Shown piece by piece: positions 1 through 12,777 of a stretch of 64,000 nt of DNA. Source of the DNA: Eledone cirrhosa (lineage: Eukaryota); assembly GCA_964016885.1 (NCBI GenBank), contig OZ024740.1, forward strand, positions 363,010,001 through 363,074,000. Direction: 5' to 3'. The notes below the pieces were generated by a model that did not search any database, was not told the DNA's origin, and saw only the letters and a list, made by a program, of their open reading frames with translations. The stretch's first letter is position 1. Every line of letters starts with the position of its first letter. The position numbers were made by a program, and so were the translations under genes.

Positions 1-591
1 GCTGCTGCTATTGCAGCTGGTTTGGTCCTCTTATCTGGTGACGGTGACGGCTAGGCCACCAACATATGCTGCAGAAGATTTTGGCACATTTCCTGCTACT
101 GATGTTGCAGCTAGTGTCGTAGTCACATGTGTCGCTGATTACCCAGGTAGCTGGGGGTTAAGGCGCTAGAAATAGTTATTTTTCTCCTTGCAGCTAGTCT
201 TGCGTAGACGATCTTTAAGTGAGTGACGGCGCCAAAAATGTGAACCGCCGCCTTCTCTCGTCCGCTACTACTGCCAGATGGGTGCCGCTTGAGCGGTCAA
301 TCACCTCGATAATGGAGTCGAGGCATTGATGGTCGGTTTGAATGAAAAGCGCCATTCCCATTCCAAACAAGTTCTCCTTTCTCGTCCTCTAGTTTTCGAG
401 GATAGTAGTGTGATCCTCGATGTCAGCAATGACGGTCACCATTAGCAAAGCGAAATCTATTTTGAATGGCACTGGGGTCACTCTGACTTTGGCCTATCTT
501 TGGGTGCAGTACGAGGACATGAGGATCAGCTCTTCGATCCTCAAAGTTGTGAGGGAGTTGGAATTAGTCTCTTCTGCAGTGGCAAGACCCA

Positions 592-667
<76 letters not shown>

Positions 668-944
668 ATACACAGACACACACACACACACACAAACACG
701 CTGTTTCAGACATTTTGCTTCAGGTGGTGTGGGTTTCACGCTCTTAGACGTACCATGGGCATTTTGAATGGTTGCTTCCATGACACATTCGATTCAAACT
801 TTCATCACTATTTGCAGAAACCTTTTTCGATAATTTTTCGTTTATAGGACCCAATACTAATTACAAAGCTCCTATCCCTCTCACTCCAAATATAGACTTC
901 CCTCTTATTATTGAACAAGAGCTACTAGCAGTTAAGGATGAGTT

Positions 945-1485
945 AAAAGAGGAAACGGCCGCAGGTCCAGATAGAATATCTAATTTAATTGTAAATGTAA
1001 TATGGAATGTAACACAAGTAATAATGCTAAACTTATTTGATAGTATAATTAAATTTCAACATTATCCAGATATAGGGAAATTTACCCATACGTTAGTAAA
1101 ACTTAAACCACATAAGGGCAACTATATCATCCAATAGCTCTACTAAGTAATCTAGAAAAATGCTAGAAAAATTGGGGGTAATAGATTAGCTTATTTAGGA
1201 GAAACATTGAACATTTTCCTCAAATCTCAGTTCGGATTTTGAAAATATAGAAACACTGAAAATTGTGTACATAAACTAACCACATTCATCAGAAACTCAA
1301 AACTCTTTAAAATATCAACCAATTTGATCTCATTAGACATAAAGGGAGCTTATGTTAACGTAGATCATGACACTCTTAGTAAAATAAAATATATATGAAT
1401 TTGAAATACCCATCATTGCAACTGGGTTGAATCCTAAAGAGTCTCCCAAAGAGTTCTCCCCTCGTACCCATTTTCTTTCTATATT
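945..1485 (+). pseudogene. Degraded non-LTR (LINE) reverse transcriptase fragment
   Basis: Broken frames give TAAGPDRISN, YHPIALLSNLEK, QFGF and LISLDIKGAY..VDH, which are the LINE RT motifs (GPD, RPISL, QxGF, DxxxAFDxV). Several stops and frameshifts. Confidence 0.7.
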
Positions 1486-1616
1486 ACACAACGGCCTTGT
1501 TTACATCTCTAAATAAAATTGTTGAAGTATCAGGTTTTGCAGAACTTATATACTTCCTTGAGTATCATCAACAACAAAACCAAAACATCTACAGACCTAT
1601 CAACTGCAACTGTATA

Positions 1617-2100
<484 letters not shown>

Positions 2101-2785
2101 TATGTTAGTATCTTGTCCTTATTTGGAGGTAGTTGAAGAACAAACCAATCAAATTGATTTTTCATATAATGTTAAGATGAAAAGTAATTCACTTTAGTTG
2201 AGGTCATGACCCTTTGAAAGGAATGGTTGAATGGTGTTAATAATAGAATTGCCATAAAAAATCTATTAGGAGCAAAGGGGTTGTCAAACTGATAGTTGAA
2301 TGTATCTGGTATAGTGAAGTTTAAAAAGAATGTAAAAATAAATGATGATTAGTGTTGTATGGAGTTTTTCGGTTAATATAAATTAAGGTCATGGCTAGGA
2401 AAGATAGTATATTAAAAGATGAAAATTATAATAAGATAATGAAATACAGTAATGCAATAATATAATATAACTAACACAATATAGTATGGTGTAGTAAATT
2501 GCATTTAGAATAATACAGCGTATGATACGCTCTAAAATACTATCAAGTATGTTTATGTATAAATAATCAAACTCAGATAAATACATGTTGACATAGTCAA
2601 AACGCATACATTTCATAGATCACAAAGTGCATATATCCACACTATATATAGAGAGGTATAGTTACATTGATACCCAACTAAAAATATGCATACGCATAAA
2701 TAGATGCAAACATAAATACACATTGCACATATATTTATATGTATCTATATTTACATACACACCTTTACCCCCCCCCCCCCCCCCC

Positions 2786-2827
<42 letters not shown>

Positions 2828-3439
2828 AAAGAATAGAGGTGTAACACACAAGTTATTATATATTGGTAAACGGAATAGAAAATGCTGACAAATTGTTCAC
2901 AGTTGAAAAATAGTTTAATTAGGAATAAAAGAGTGTTAGTAATTGTATGGGTTAGTATTCAGTTGTGATTTTAAGTTTTTAAGTTTTTACCGGTTGCGCA
3001 TTTCTAAATGCTTTTCAAAAATAATTTTGAGATAGAGTATCCGTGTTGTTTGCTCTGATCTGATTAGTTTTGGGAATTCTACCTCTTTTTATGTTAAAAA
3101 AGTGGCTCCAGCGCTAGTTTGGTGTTGCAAAAATTCTTGTGGTCAAAACAATTTTGATTGGTCGGTAGAGGTCATGTGAATGTAAAAAATTGATTTTGCG
3201 CCAAGACTGTTTTTATGTTAAAAAAGTGGCTCCAGCGCTACTTGGTGTTTGCAAAAATTCTTGTGGTCAAAACAATTTTGATTGGTCGGTAGAGCTCATG
3301 TGAATAAAAAATTGATTTTGCGCCAAGACTGAGAAATGACTCTTTCACAACAAATATGTGTGTGTGTGTGTAGTAGTAGTAAGGTGTTCGATGTTGTGAT
3401 AATGGTTAGCAGGGACGTGTGTCAAATGGCTATTAAGAT

Positions 3440-3508
<69 letters not shown>

Positions 3509-3874
3509 GCAGAGTAATTCGTGGTAGCAGGGATGGTCAGTAGGAATGTGTCTGTAAGCAGTGGGGGGTATTTTAGCAGGTCAAAAGATATTTTTCAGCT
3601 TTTGTCTTATACGGAGAAGTGTGTGTGTGTGTGTGTGTATAAGTCTCTTTGTATGTTAATGTACGCGTGTGTATGTGTGTATATATGTGTGTGTGTGTGT
3701 GTGTGTGAGAATGTGTGTGTGTGTGGGGGGGGGGGCAGTATTTTTTTCCAAATGGTAAAATGGTGTACATTATTCGATTTTTTCAGTAAAATCGGTTCTC
3801 TTAATAGAACATCAAAAATCTTAACAATAAAAGGTGTGAAATGATATTCACTATATATATATATATACATATAT

Positions 3875-3968
<94 letters not shown>

Positions 3969-4086
3969 TTTTTTTGTGTTGCACCATAGAGCATGTGTGT
4001 TTACGTATGTCATTGTGATTATATGTGGGTAGAGATGTGTGCTGATGTAGGTATGTATGTTGACGTGTGTATGTTGTGGGTTCGTC

Positions 4087-6400
4087 TTAGGGAGAAGTGT
4101 TTAGACGGGGTCCGTATTTGTTAATGAAGTAAGATTCCTTGCTGATGCGTTGGGTGTGGGTGGCATTATCTTTAAATTTGTAGAGGGGAAAGATTCTGAA
4201 GTTGGGATGATTTTGGGCGGCACAGGTATCAATGTGTTCACTCTGTGGTATTTTCCTGTATTCCCGTATTTTAATTTGGGATCTATGGACAGTCATGCGT
4301 TGGCGGAGGCTGTTTTTGGTCTGGCCTATGTATTGTTCTCGACAACCTGAGCAAGTTAATACATATATTAGATTTTCCGATGCACATGTGAAATTGTGTT
4401 TTACTATAAAACGTTGTCCTTCTTTGAAATAGAATTCCGAACCCTCTATTAGGTTGATGCAACTGCCACAGTTGGGTCTATCGCATTTTTTTACTGTGGG
4501 TTTCGTTGTTGTGGTTGGCAGTACTTTGGCATGTATTAGGATGTTTTTCATTGACTTGGATTGTCTTCTGCTCTTTATGATATCGTGTGTTCGTAGGATT
4601 TGGTTCATTCTATGGTCCTTTTTCAACACAGGGATGTTCTGGAGGATGGTGTCAAAGGCCTCATCGTTGAGGGGGTTGTGTGTGGAGATGTATGGAAGAG
4701 CTTTTAGTTTCGGTTGATTTACTTTAGGGTGTCTAAGGTCCTGTGTACTGAGTTTTAGGGCACGTTGGATTCCATTGTCAATTAGTGATGCAGGGTAGTC
4801 CCTGCCTATGAGTGTGTCCTTTAGTTCTTGTAGCCGTAAGTAGCAGGTATTTTTATTGGAGACTATAGTACAGATTCTCTTGGCTAAGTTGTAGGGAATA
4901 TTAATTTTAACGTGTCTAGGGTGGCAAGAGTTGAAAGGGAGATAGTGCTTGGAGTCTGTGGGCTTGTAGTATATGTCTGTTTCTATTTTTTTGTTATGGA
5001 TCTTAATGAGGATGTCGAGGAAGGAGAGTTGTTGATGGCTGTATTCCATCGTGAAGTTAATATTCGTGTTGAGCCCATTTATAAGGGTGTGAAATTCTTT
5101 AAGTTTTTCGATATTTTCGTGCCAAAGGATGAAGCAGTCATCTAGATATCGCTTCCAGTTCCTTTCAATGTGTAAGTGGAGAGTGTTTCCAAATTTGTTT
5201 AGGACTTTAGTGTAGAGGGTGATTTCCAGGTATCCCATGACTAGGTTGGCATAAGTGGGGGCTGTTTTCGTTCCCATAGCGGTCCCAGATTTCTGCCTGT
5301 AGGGTTTGTTATTGAAAACGAAGTAATTGTTCTCCAAGATAAATTTGAGTCCCTCTATCATGAATTCTTTTTTGATGCGTTGTGGGAGTTCATTGTGGAA
5401 ATTATCCAACCAGAATTGGATAGCTTCTATTCCTAGGTTGTGGGGGATGTTGGAGTATAGGTTGACTACATCGAACGTCACTAGTAGGGTTTGTTCAGAA
5501 AGTGGCATATTAGGAAGGTGATTGAGCATATCTAGGTCGTCCCTTATATAGCTTTTGATGTGTTTGAGAAAGGGTTTGAGAAGGGTATCAATGAAGTTGC
5601 TAAGGCGGTGGGTTTCGCAAGCGGGGCCTGCTATTATAGGTCTTAATTTGAGATCATTGGGTGAGGGGACATTGATGACTATGTCTGTGGCTTCCTTGCA
5701 TGCCTTACTTATTAATTCGCTTTTATGTACTTTAGGGATACCGTAGAAAAGGCTGGATTTACTTGTGAAGTCTGTGATGAAGCTGAATTCCTTGTTAGTG
5801 AGTCCTTCTTTGTATTGGTTGATTAGAGTTTTTAGGTTTCTCATAATTTTCTGTTGATTGTAGTGTTCAGCCTTTTCGTAGTATGTTTCGTTTTCCAAAG
5901 TGGAGAGCGCTAAGTTGATATAGAATTCTCCATTAGGACTACTGTACTCCCTTTATCAGCCTCTTTAATTGTAATGGTTCTGTCGGTTTTTAATCTATTT
6001 AATTCTTCCCATTCTTTCTTGTTGAGGTTTGGCTTGTGTTTTTGTCTGTGCAAGTGTTGGTAAGGGAAGTTTGTGATGTGTTCACAGAATTCGTCCAGGA
6101 TTTTATTTCTACCTTTTGAAGGGGTGTAATTGCTTCTATTTCTGGCTAATGATTCATCCTCATTGTACTGGTCGAATAGTTGTTCACTAAGTCGTAACTT
6201 TCTACAGAAGTCTGTGATGTCTTCCTTCATTTCATAGTAGTTAGGACGTAGTGGGTCGGTGTGAATTTAAGACCTTTGGAGAGTAAGTTGATAAGGTTGG
6301 GTGTTGGTTCTGCACTAGTAAGATTGATAATTGTTATTACTATCGGTTTCTCCTCCCTGTCTTGTGTTATTTTGTTTGCCTGTATATGTGTGCTGTGTCT
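4087..6400 (-). pseudogene. PLE pol (RT + Zn-linker + GIY-YIG endonuclease), family A; indels near 6250 and 5930
   Basis: LLSKGLKFTPT, ADKG, FYGIPKVHK, LRPIIAG, TFDVVNLY, GTAMGT, WKRYLDD, CxxxxCxxC..C linker, LIYVLTC..C..QYIGQT..LRQRMTVH, KESYFI..PRLN. The 4087-5898 part is uninterrupted. Confidence 0.95.
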
Positions 6401-7669
6401 AAAAAATGGTTGGGGTAGAGGGGTTGTCTGCTGATGTTAAGTGGTCTCCTGTGTTTGTTATATTCCTTGTTGTTGTAAAATCTGGTTCGGGTTGGTGGTT
6501 GTAGATTGAATGGGGTGTTCCTGTACTGCGAGTATGGGTGTGTGTTTCTATGTGCCATGTTGTATTGTGGTGTTATAAGTGGCCTACGTTGTTGGTTGTA
6601 TCGTGTGGTGTGGGTTTGTTGTGTATTGTGGAAGCGAGAGTTGAGAAAATGGTATTTACCCTGCTGTCCCCTTGAAGCGGGGAAGTTGTTACATCTATCA
6701 TGGTGGTGGTATCTTTTCCCTATGTTTGACGATGAGGCATCCGCGTAGTAGTTGAGTGATTTGGTATAGTGTCTCCTTGAAGGGGGAAAGTTGTAAATGT
6801 CATTCTGGGGGAGATGATTTTTTGGGTTTCTGTTCCTTCTTATGGTAGCGAGGTTGGGAAGTTCATCTTCGGTGTGGTGCTTCCTTCTTCGTTTGTTAGT
6901 GGCTTGGGGGTTTGAGAAGTTGTTGTGCGGTTCAGTTATGGGTTTTCCTATTTTTATGAACGGGTTATTGGAGGTGTAATCCGTTTGAAAAGTCGATTCA
7001 TAGTGTAGGAAACAAGCGGCACTTTTTTCCCAGCGTTGAAGGGATTTCAGTTCTTCTCTGTTGCAGTCCCCTTTCCATAATTTGGAGATCTTCTCTACCT
7101 TGGGGCTTTCAGTTTTGTTGTTGATTTCCAGGAGGATCTCTTCATCGATGGTTTTGATTTTTTCCTCATTTGTCTGGGCTCTGAGTTTAAGAAGTTCAAT
7201 TTCTGTCTTCATTTTTTCCAATGCCATTCTTTCCCTAAGGTCTCTTTGAGGTTCGGGTTCATTTGGAATGGACTTTATTTGTAGTTTACGGGGGAGAGTT
7301 AGAGTTAAGCCATTTTTCATATATCTCTGCTTTGTTGTGATTTTGTATCATCTTCCAGAATGAGAACTTTCTGTCTCTGAGGGAATGGTTCCATTTTGGA
7401 ATTGTTCGAATTTTCATTTTGTATGAATCAATCTCACATGGTTCTTCGTTGGTTTTTCCTGGGTTGGTAGTAGTGAACATAGTTTGGATAGTATCGCAAA
7501 GGTTTTGGAGTTTGTCGCCGATTTCGGAGGGTTTGTATCCGGTGGTGGTTTCCTTATTTGTGGAGTTAAGTTTGTCGACCAGCAAAGATAGGTTGGTGTT
7601 GAGTTTCTTGAGTTCCTGTAGGATCTCTTCATTTGTGTTGATGAGGGTTGTATCCGTTTTTGTTGGCAT
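6367..7669 (-). pseudogene. PLE ORF1: coiled-coil N-half and basic low-complexity C-half (family A; broken near 7290)
   Basis: ORFs 7286-7723 (ATG at 7669, MPTKTD) and 6367-7320 align by eye with the 51739-52983 ORF: WNHSLRDRKFSFWK vs WKKFLNIRKQNFWK, and LPRKLQIKSIPNEPE vs LPRKYLITEIAGEPE. Confidence 0.8.
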
Positions 7670-7867
7670 TTTCTGTATCTCGTGTGAGGATATGATAGTT
7701 AAAAGAATAGAGGTGTAACACACAAGTTATTATATATTGGTAAACGGAATAGAAAATGCTGACAAATTGTTCACAGTTGAAAGATGGTTTAATTGACCTG
7801 CTAAAATACCCCCCACTGCTTACAGACACATTCCTACTGACCATCCCTGCTACCACGAATTACTCTG

Positions 7868-7915
<48 letters not shown>

Positions 7916-8325
7916 ATCTTAATAGCCATTTGACACACATCCTGCTAACCATTATCACAACATCGAACACACTACTACTACTACACACACACATATTTGT
8001 TGTGAAAGAGTCATTTCTCAGTCTTGGCGCAAAATCAATTTTTTATTCACATGAGATCTACCGACCAATCAAAATTGTTTTGACCACAAGAATTTTTGCA
8101 AACACCAAGTAGCGCTGGAGCCACTTTTTTAACATAAAAACAGTCTTGGCGCAAAATCAATGTTTTACATTCACATGACCTCTACCGACCAATCAAAATT
8201 GTTTTGACCACAAGAATTTTTGCAACACCAAACTAGCGCTGGAGCCTCTTTTTTAACATAAAAAGAGGTAGAATTCCCCAAACTAATCAGATCAGAGCAA
8301 ACAACACGGACACTCTATCTTAAAA

Positions 8326-8367
8326 TTATTTTTGAAAAGCATTTAGAAATGCGCAACCGGTAAAAAC
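8326..8367 (+). ncRNA. Variant minimal hammerhead-like motif in family A pLTR (also 2984-3024 -, 20198-20238 +, 45130-45169 -, 45243-45282 +)
   Basis: UUGAAAA-GCAUUU-AG-AAAUGC-GCAA-CCGG-UA^. U3/A8 core, GCAA in place of GAAA, palindromic loop III, weak A-U stem I. Confidence 0.5.
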
Positions 8368-8495
8368 TTAAAAACTTAAAACCACAACTGAATACTAACC
8401 CATACAATTACTAATACTCTTTTATTCCTAATTAAACCATTTTTCTACTGTGAACAATTTGTCAGCATTTTCTATTCCGTTTACCAATATATATG

Positions 8496-8591
<96 letters not shown>

Positions 8592-9012
8592 GAATAGAAT
8601 GAAACGAAATTTCATTTCTCACTCTTAGTACGGCACTTACTTAAATACGTATGTATGTATGTATACGTACATACATATATGTATACAGACGTACAGTAGT
8701 ATGTATATATATACATACAAGCACACATATATATATGCACGTATCGGTTTACCGAACATTTATTATAATGCTCGGTTTGTTTGTTTGTAAACAAACAAAC
8801 AGCCCGAATTACGCCGTACAGTGTTTAGGGAACCACGTCACCTTTTTGTTCAACACTGACACAGGAACCATGTACTAGTTTCCAGCTTATTAGCTATCGT
8901 CAGCATCGTATACCTTCCTGCCAGATGGTTGAACGTCTCAAAGTATATACTTTCCTTATGCATATTAACGGCTGAGCAGCCTAATTTGCATATCGAGTGA
9001 TTTCAGTTCTGG

Positions 9013-10127
9013 CAATACTTAGGGTAGTAGAGTGGGTAATAGGAGAAAGTATGACCCCCAACGACAGAGCTCGAGCCGTTTCGACGTCTATTTCTGGACT
9101 AAAGTGAGAGTTGTTTTAGTCTGGTAAATAAATAGCCGAACTTTTCACTGGTACTTCCTTATATGGGAAGATTTTAGTTGTCAAGGGGATTGGTCAAAAT
9201 ATGTAGCCGACACAGAAAAGTCTATCATGGAAGTGGGTGTGGAGTGGGGATGGCTGAACTTGCCTGTAGAACGATAGGGGAGTGGGTAGAGCCGGTCAAG
9301 CGTAGAAGGTGAAATTTACACGACAAATTCTAAGGAATGTGTATGAATGTAGGCCAGAGGAGGTTGGCGAAAAAAGTTTTCTTTAGAAAGTGGAGGAGGG
9401 ACGTTATAGAAATAGTAAAACAAATGCGATTAGGGGACAAAGAAAAAATATAATAAAAAAGAATATAATAAAAAATGAGAGAAAGATGTATCAGAATGTA
9501 AGATTGGAAAGTGAGAAGTGAAATAAGGAGTCTAACACAGCTGCTATATTTAGTTGGTGCTGCTATTTCGGCCAAAGCCACAGAATGAGTTGCTAGATGA
9601 GAATAATTGAAAAATTTAGAATTAAAAATGAATACCACATCTCTGGGGTCTAACATAGCTGCTATGAATAGTTAGTATAGCGTAATCGGCGAATGCTATC
9701 TGTAAGTTACTGTGGTGGGGGTACCGAGGCTAAAGAGGCTCGATAGGCTGCCTCGGGGTGGGAGAAAGGGGAAAAAACAAGAAACGAACGAGGAAGAAGT
9801 GCGGTGGTGGAAGAAGTGATAGGAGGAGACAAAGGAAGAAGAAAACAGAGGAAAAGAAAAGAGGTACATCTACCTATAAGAGTAGCGGTTTTTCCTATCT
9901 TAATCGGCAAGTGGGGAGTTTCAGCCCTAGTCTACCCACCCGGATCATTAGGGGTTTTGAGGGCGAGATAAGTCTTCCAATCCCCTTGACAACTATAATC
10001 TTCCCATATAAAGAAGTACTCTTGAAAAGTTCGGCCATTTATTTACCAGACTAAAAGACTTTTACTTTAGTCCAGAAATAGCCGTCGAAACGGCTCGAGC
10101 TCTGCCGTCGGGTCATACTTTCTCCTT
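9013..10127 (-). mobile_element. 5'-truncated and inverted Naiad-like PLE end, family C (sister of family B)
   Basis: 9013-9977 (-) carries the last codons KTYLALKTPNDPGG* plus the 3' UTR. 9977-10127 is an inverted copy of ~9043-9193 ending at TA/CA repeats. Confidence 0.85.
10017..10113 (+). ncRNA. Type I hammerhead ribozyme, family C (degenerate inverted copy at ~9053-9153 -)
   Basis: ACUC-UUGAAAA-G..CGGC(C)AUUU~AAAUAGCCGUC-GAAA-CGGC-UCGAGCUCU-GCCG-UC^GGGU. Confidence 0.8.
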
Positions 10128-10132
10128 TATAT

Positions 10133-10165
<33 letters not shown>

Positions 10166-10214
10166 CAGAGAGAGAGAGAGATGATAGGTAGATAGATAGA
10201 TAGATACCTGTAAT

Positions 10215-10665
10215 TTAAAGAATCAATCTTGTCACACTCTATAACGTTGAATCTCCTTGGCAATTTGTTATCGATACACGTGTCTGTGGAATACTGAGCG
10301 ATGTACACGTTAATTCCATGGCTAGAGCAGTCACAGTTGAAACCGACAGAGGCATATCGATAATATTTGATAGAGTCGAACTCGTTATCTTAGCGAAGGT
10401 GTGTGGCTTAGTGTTTAGGATAGTCGGCTCACATAAGTATTGAGTTAAGGGTACACGTTTTTATGGAATGTTCAACCACTTGCGCATTAACTGAAACACT
10501 CGTCATCAGAACCCGCGAAAAGCCAACAGTATAGCAATCACGGAGCATCTGCGAGAATGCTTGACATGCAAGAAAGAGGTACCAAATTCCTTTCAAATCA
10601 CAGTGCACCGTCTGAAAAGAGGAAGGAGCTCTTGGACAATTCCGTTATATATATACAAATAGATG
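10215..10665 (+). pseudogene. Possible very degraded GIY-YIG (PLE) remnant interrupted by a SINE piece
   Basis: ICYRYTC near 10262 and AITEHLRECLTCKK..FQI near 10535 resemble PLE endonuclease motifs. A tRNA-SINE head lies at ~10395-10490. Confidence 0.3.
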
Positions 10666-11499
10666 AGACGGTCATAGCTGGAATGTCTTTGATCATAGAT
10701 CTGCATCATCAGGACTGTTCTAGCTCTAAGTAGCAACAATTATACGACAGAGATTTGACCGGCTAGAAATAGTAGCCAAATTTCTCTCATAACAAATCTT
10801 GTGCGGAGAATGACACGTTCTACAATGAGAGCCTGGATGCACACTGCTCGGGGAAACGACATGATGGTTATAGCTGGAGTGCCTTTTGTCATAGATCTGT
10901 TCAATCATGGTTGATCAGGAACTAAACAAAATCAAGCAGCACCAACAACGACTGAAAAAACAACGTTAGCAGCACCACCACCAACAACAAAACGGTGGCA
11001 ACTAATTTCCTATTTTATTTCCAAATTATTTTCGAATTATTATTCTAATAGAAATTTTGAATGTGACATTGTGCCGATGCACGCCATAAATTTAACAAAA
11101 AATGAAGGGTGCTACTATATTTGAAGACATGCTATCTTATTTCTACATTTTAATACAATTCCCGTGACTTGCTCCTTGAAGTTTATTGAGTGATGACATA
11201 TAATATACAATGAAATTATAGAATTGTATTCCTTTACCTTCTTCTTTTATTTCTCCCTCTTTTGCGATAACAATGGTCCATTCGAAACTCTCTATTACGG
11301 GGAAACCATTATATTTGATGAAACATTAACTTTATTGTTGGAAATTTTCTAATTGACGAGGTATCAGTTTAAACGCGTTAAACAATAGCGTTAGTTATCT
11401 TAATTCAATAATATTGCTCTGATGCAAAGACATGGACATATGCACTTTTCTTTTACACACCGTCAAGCACACACACACACACAGACACACACACACACA

Positions 11500-11540
<41 letters not shown>

Positions 11541-11585
11541 ACACATACACATATATATATATATATATATATAGGAACCAGTAAG

Positions 11586-11679
11586 ACCCCGACAGCTGAG
11601 CTCAAGCCGTTTCGACGGCTAATTCTGGACTAAATGAACATTTATCCTGGTATTTAAATAGCCGATCTTCTCAAGGGGT
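11586..11679 (-). ncRNA. Type I hammerhead ribozyme, family B
   Basis: Reverse complement of the 42893-42986 motif. Cleavage predicted between 11591 and 11590. Confidence 0.88.
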
Positions 11680-12777
11680 AATTCCATATATGGTCAAAGT
11701 GATTGTCAAAAATCAGTAGTAATTCTGTGGTTGCAAATTAGTAGGGGAGATGGTGGCTAAACCTGCCAGTAGGAGAAAGAGGGGAGGGGGTGGAGTAGAC
11801 CCAATCAAGCGTTGGTAGTGCCAGCTACAGCTGGGCATGAGGTCAAAGAAGATACAGGGGAGGGGGAGGGGGAGGAAGTCGGAACGGTAGGTAGAACAAT
11901 GGGGGGTAAAAATAGGAAAGAAAAAATACTGAGAGTGAAGAAAAGCAAAAAAGTGTAAAGAAAAAATTAAATTCTACGACCTAGGTGTCAGGCTATTGTT
12001 AGGCGAGAATAAAATAAAGAAAGAAAGAAAGAAGTAAATAAATAAATAAATAAATAAATAAGGAAATAAGTAAAAGAACTAGGTGGGACGAATTAAGCAA
12101 GGACCCTTTTAAGAGGTATAAGTACGTAAATGATACGGTGACTGGTCAACAAAAGGGGCCAAAATACTAAAGAGACTACCACGAAATAAACAATAAAGGT
12201 TTCCATCCCGGGCCAGCAACGACCCAGTGCAGCAAAGTGAACTTGTACGACATAATAATTCTGAGTCCCGGGAAAAATATATACTAATGCTAACTCTAAA
12301 AGATCTAAAACAAGCTACATGAAAGTTCGTACGAAATAAAGGTAGAATACGGAGAAATAAGTTCAGAATCCACCCCGCCCAGAAGAAAAGCGAAGCAAGA
12401 AATACTGAAACGAAAAAATAAGGCATAAGTGCCACTAAGAAATAAAGAGGGCACAGAGAATAGTGGGAGCGGTCGGAAAAGGGGGGCAAGTATCCGGGGT
12501 CTAAGCCAACTGCTATAAAGGGCGGAGTCCGCCAAATCTATCAAAGACTAGGGGAGGGGGGAGTGGGGGTACTAAGGCTACATGGGGCCAAAGGGCAGCC
12601 TCGGGTGGGCGAGAAAAGACGCCGACAAAGGAGAAGAGCTGGGGTAGAAGGACAAAGGAGAGAGGGGGGAAGGAAATAAAGGATGCGATAAAAGAATACA
12701 AAGAAGATCTTACGTCTTCCTTGGCAAGCAGGGGTTACCCATTGCAAAATCGGCAACTGGGGTGTTAAAGCCCTAGT

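Larger units (their letters stand above)
2821..8490 (-). mobile_element. Penelope-like element, family A (Neptune/Nematis-type Zn-linker), with 3' pLTR, short direct 5' pLTR piece and inverted pLTR
   Basis: 3' pLTR at 2821-3582, direct partial copy at 7696-7794, inverted copy at 7795-8490. Both outer ends sit in (TA)n. The pLTR contains a ~120-bp tandem duplication (about 3090-3330). Confidence 0.92.

Noticed and set aside
1-590. GC-richer segment, possibly a retroelement ORF1 remnant
   Set aside because: No diagnostic motif was recognised, and it is truncated by the window edge.
12109-12756. Recurrent 126/79/71/62-aa ORFs (four copies each)
   Set aside because: They lie in the pyrimidine-rich 3' UTR of family B, recur only because the element is duplicated, and are not evidently conserved in family C.
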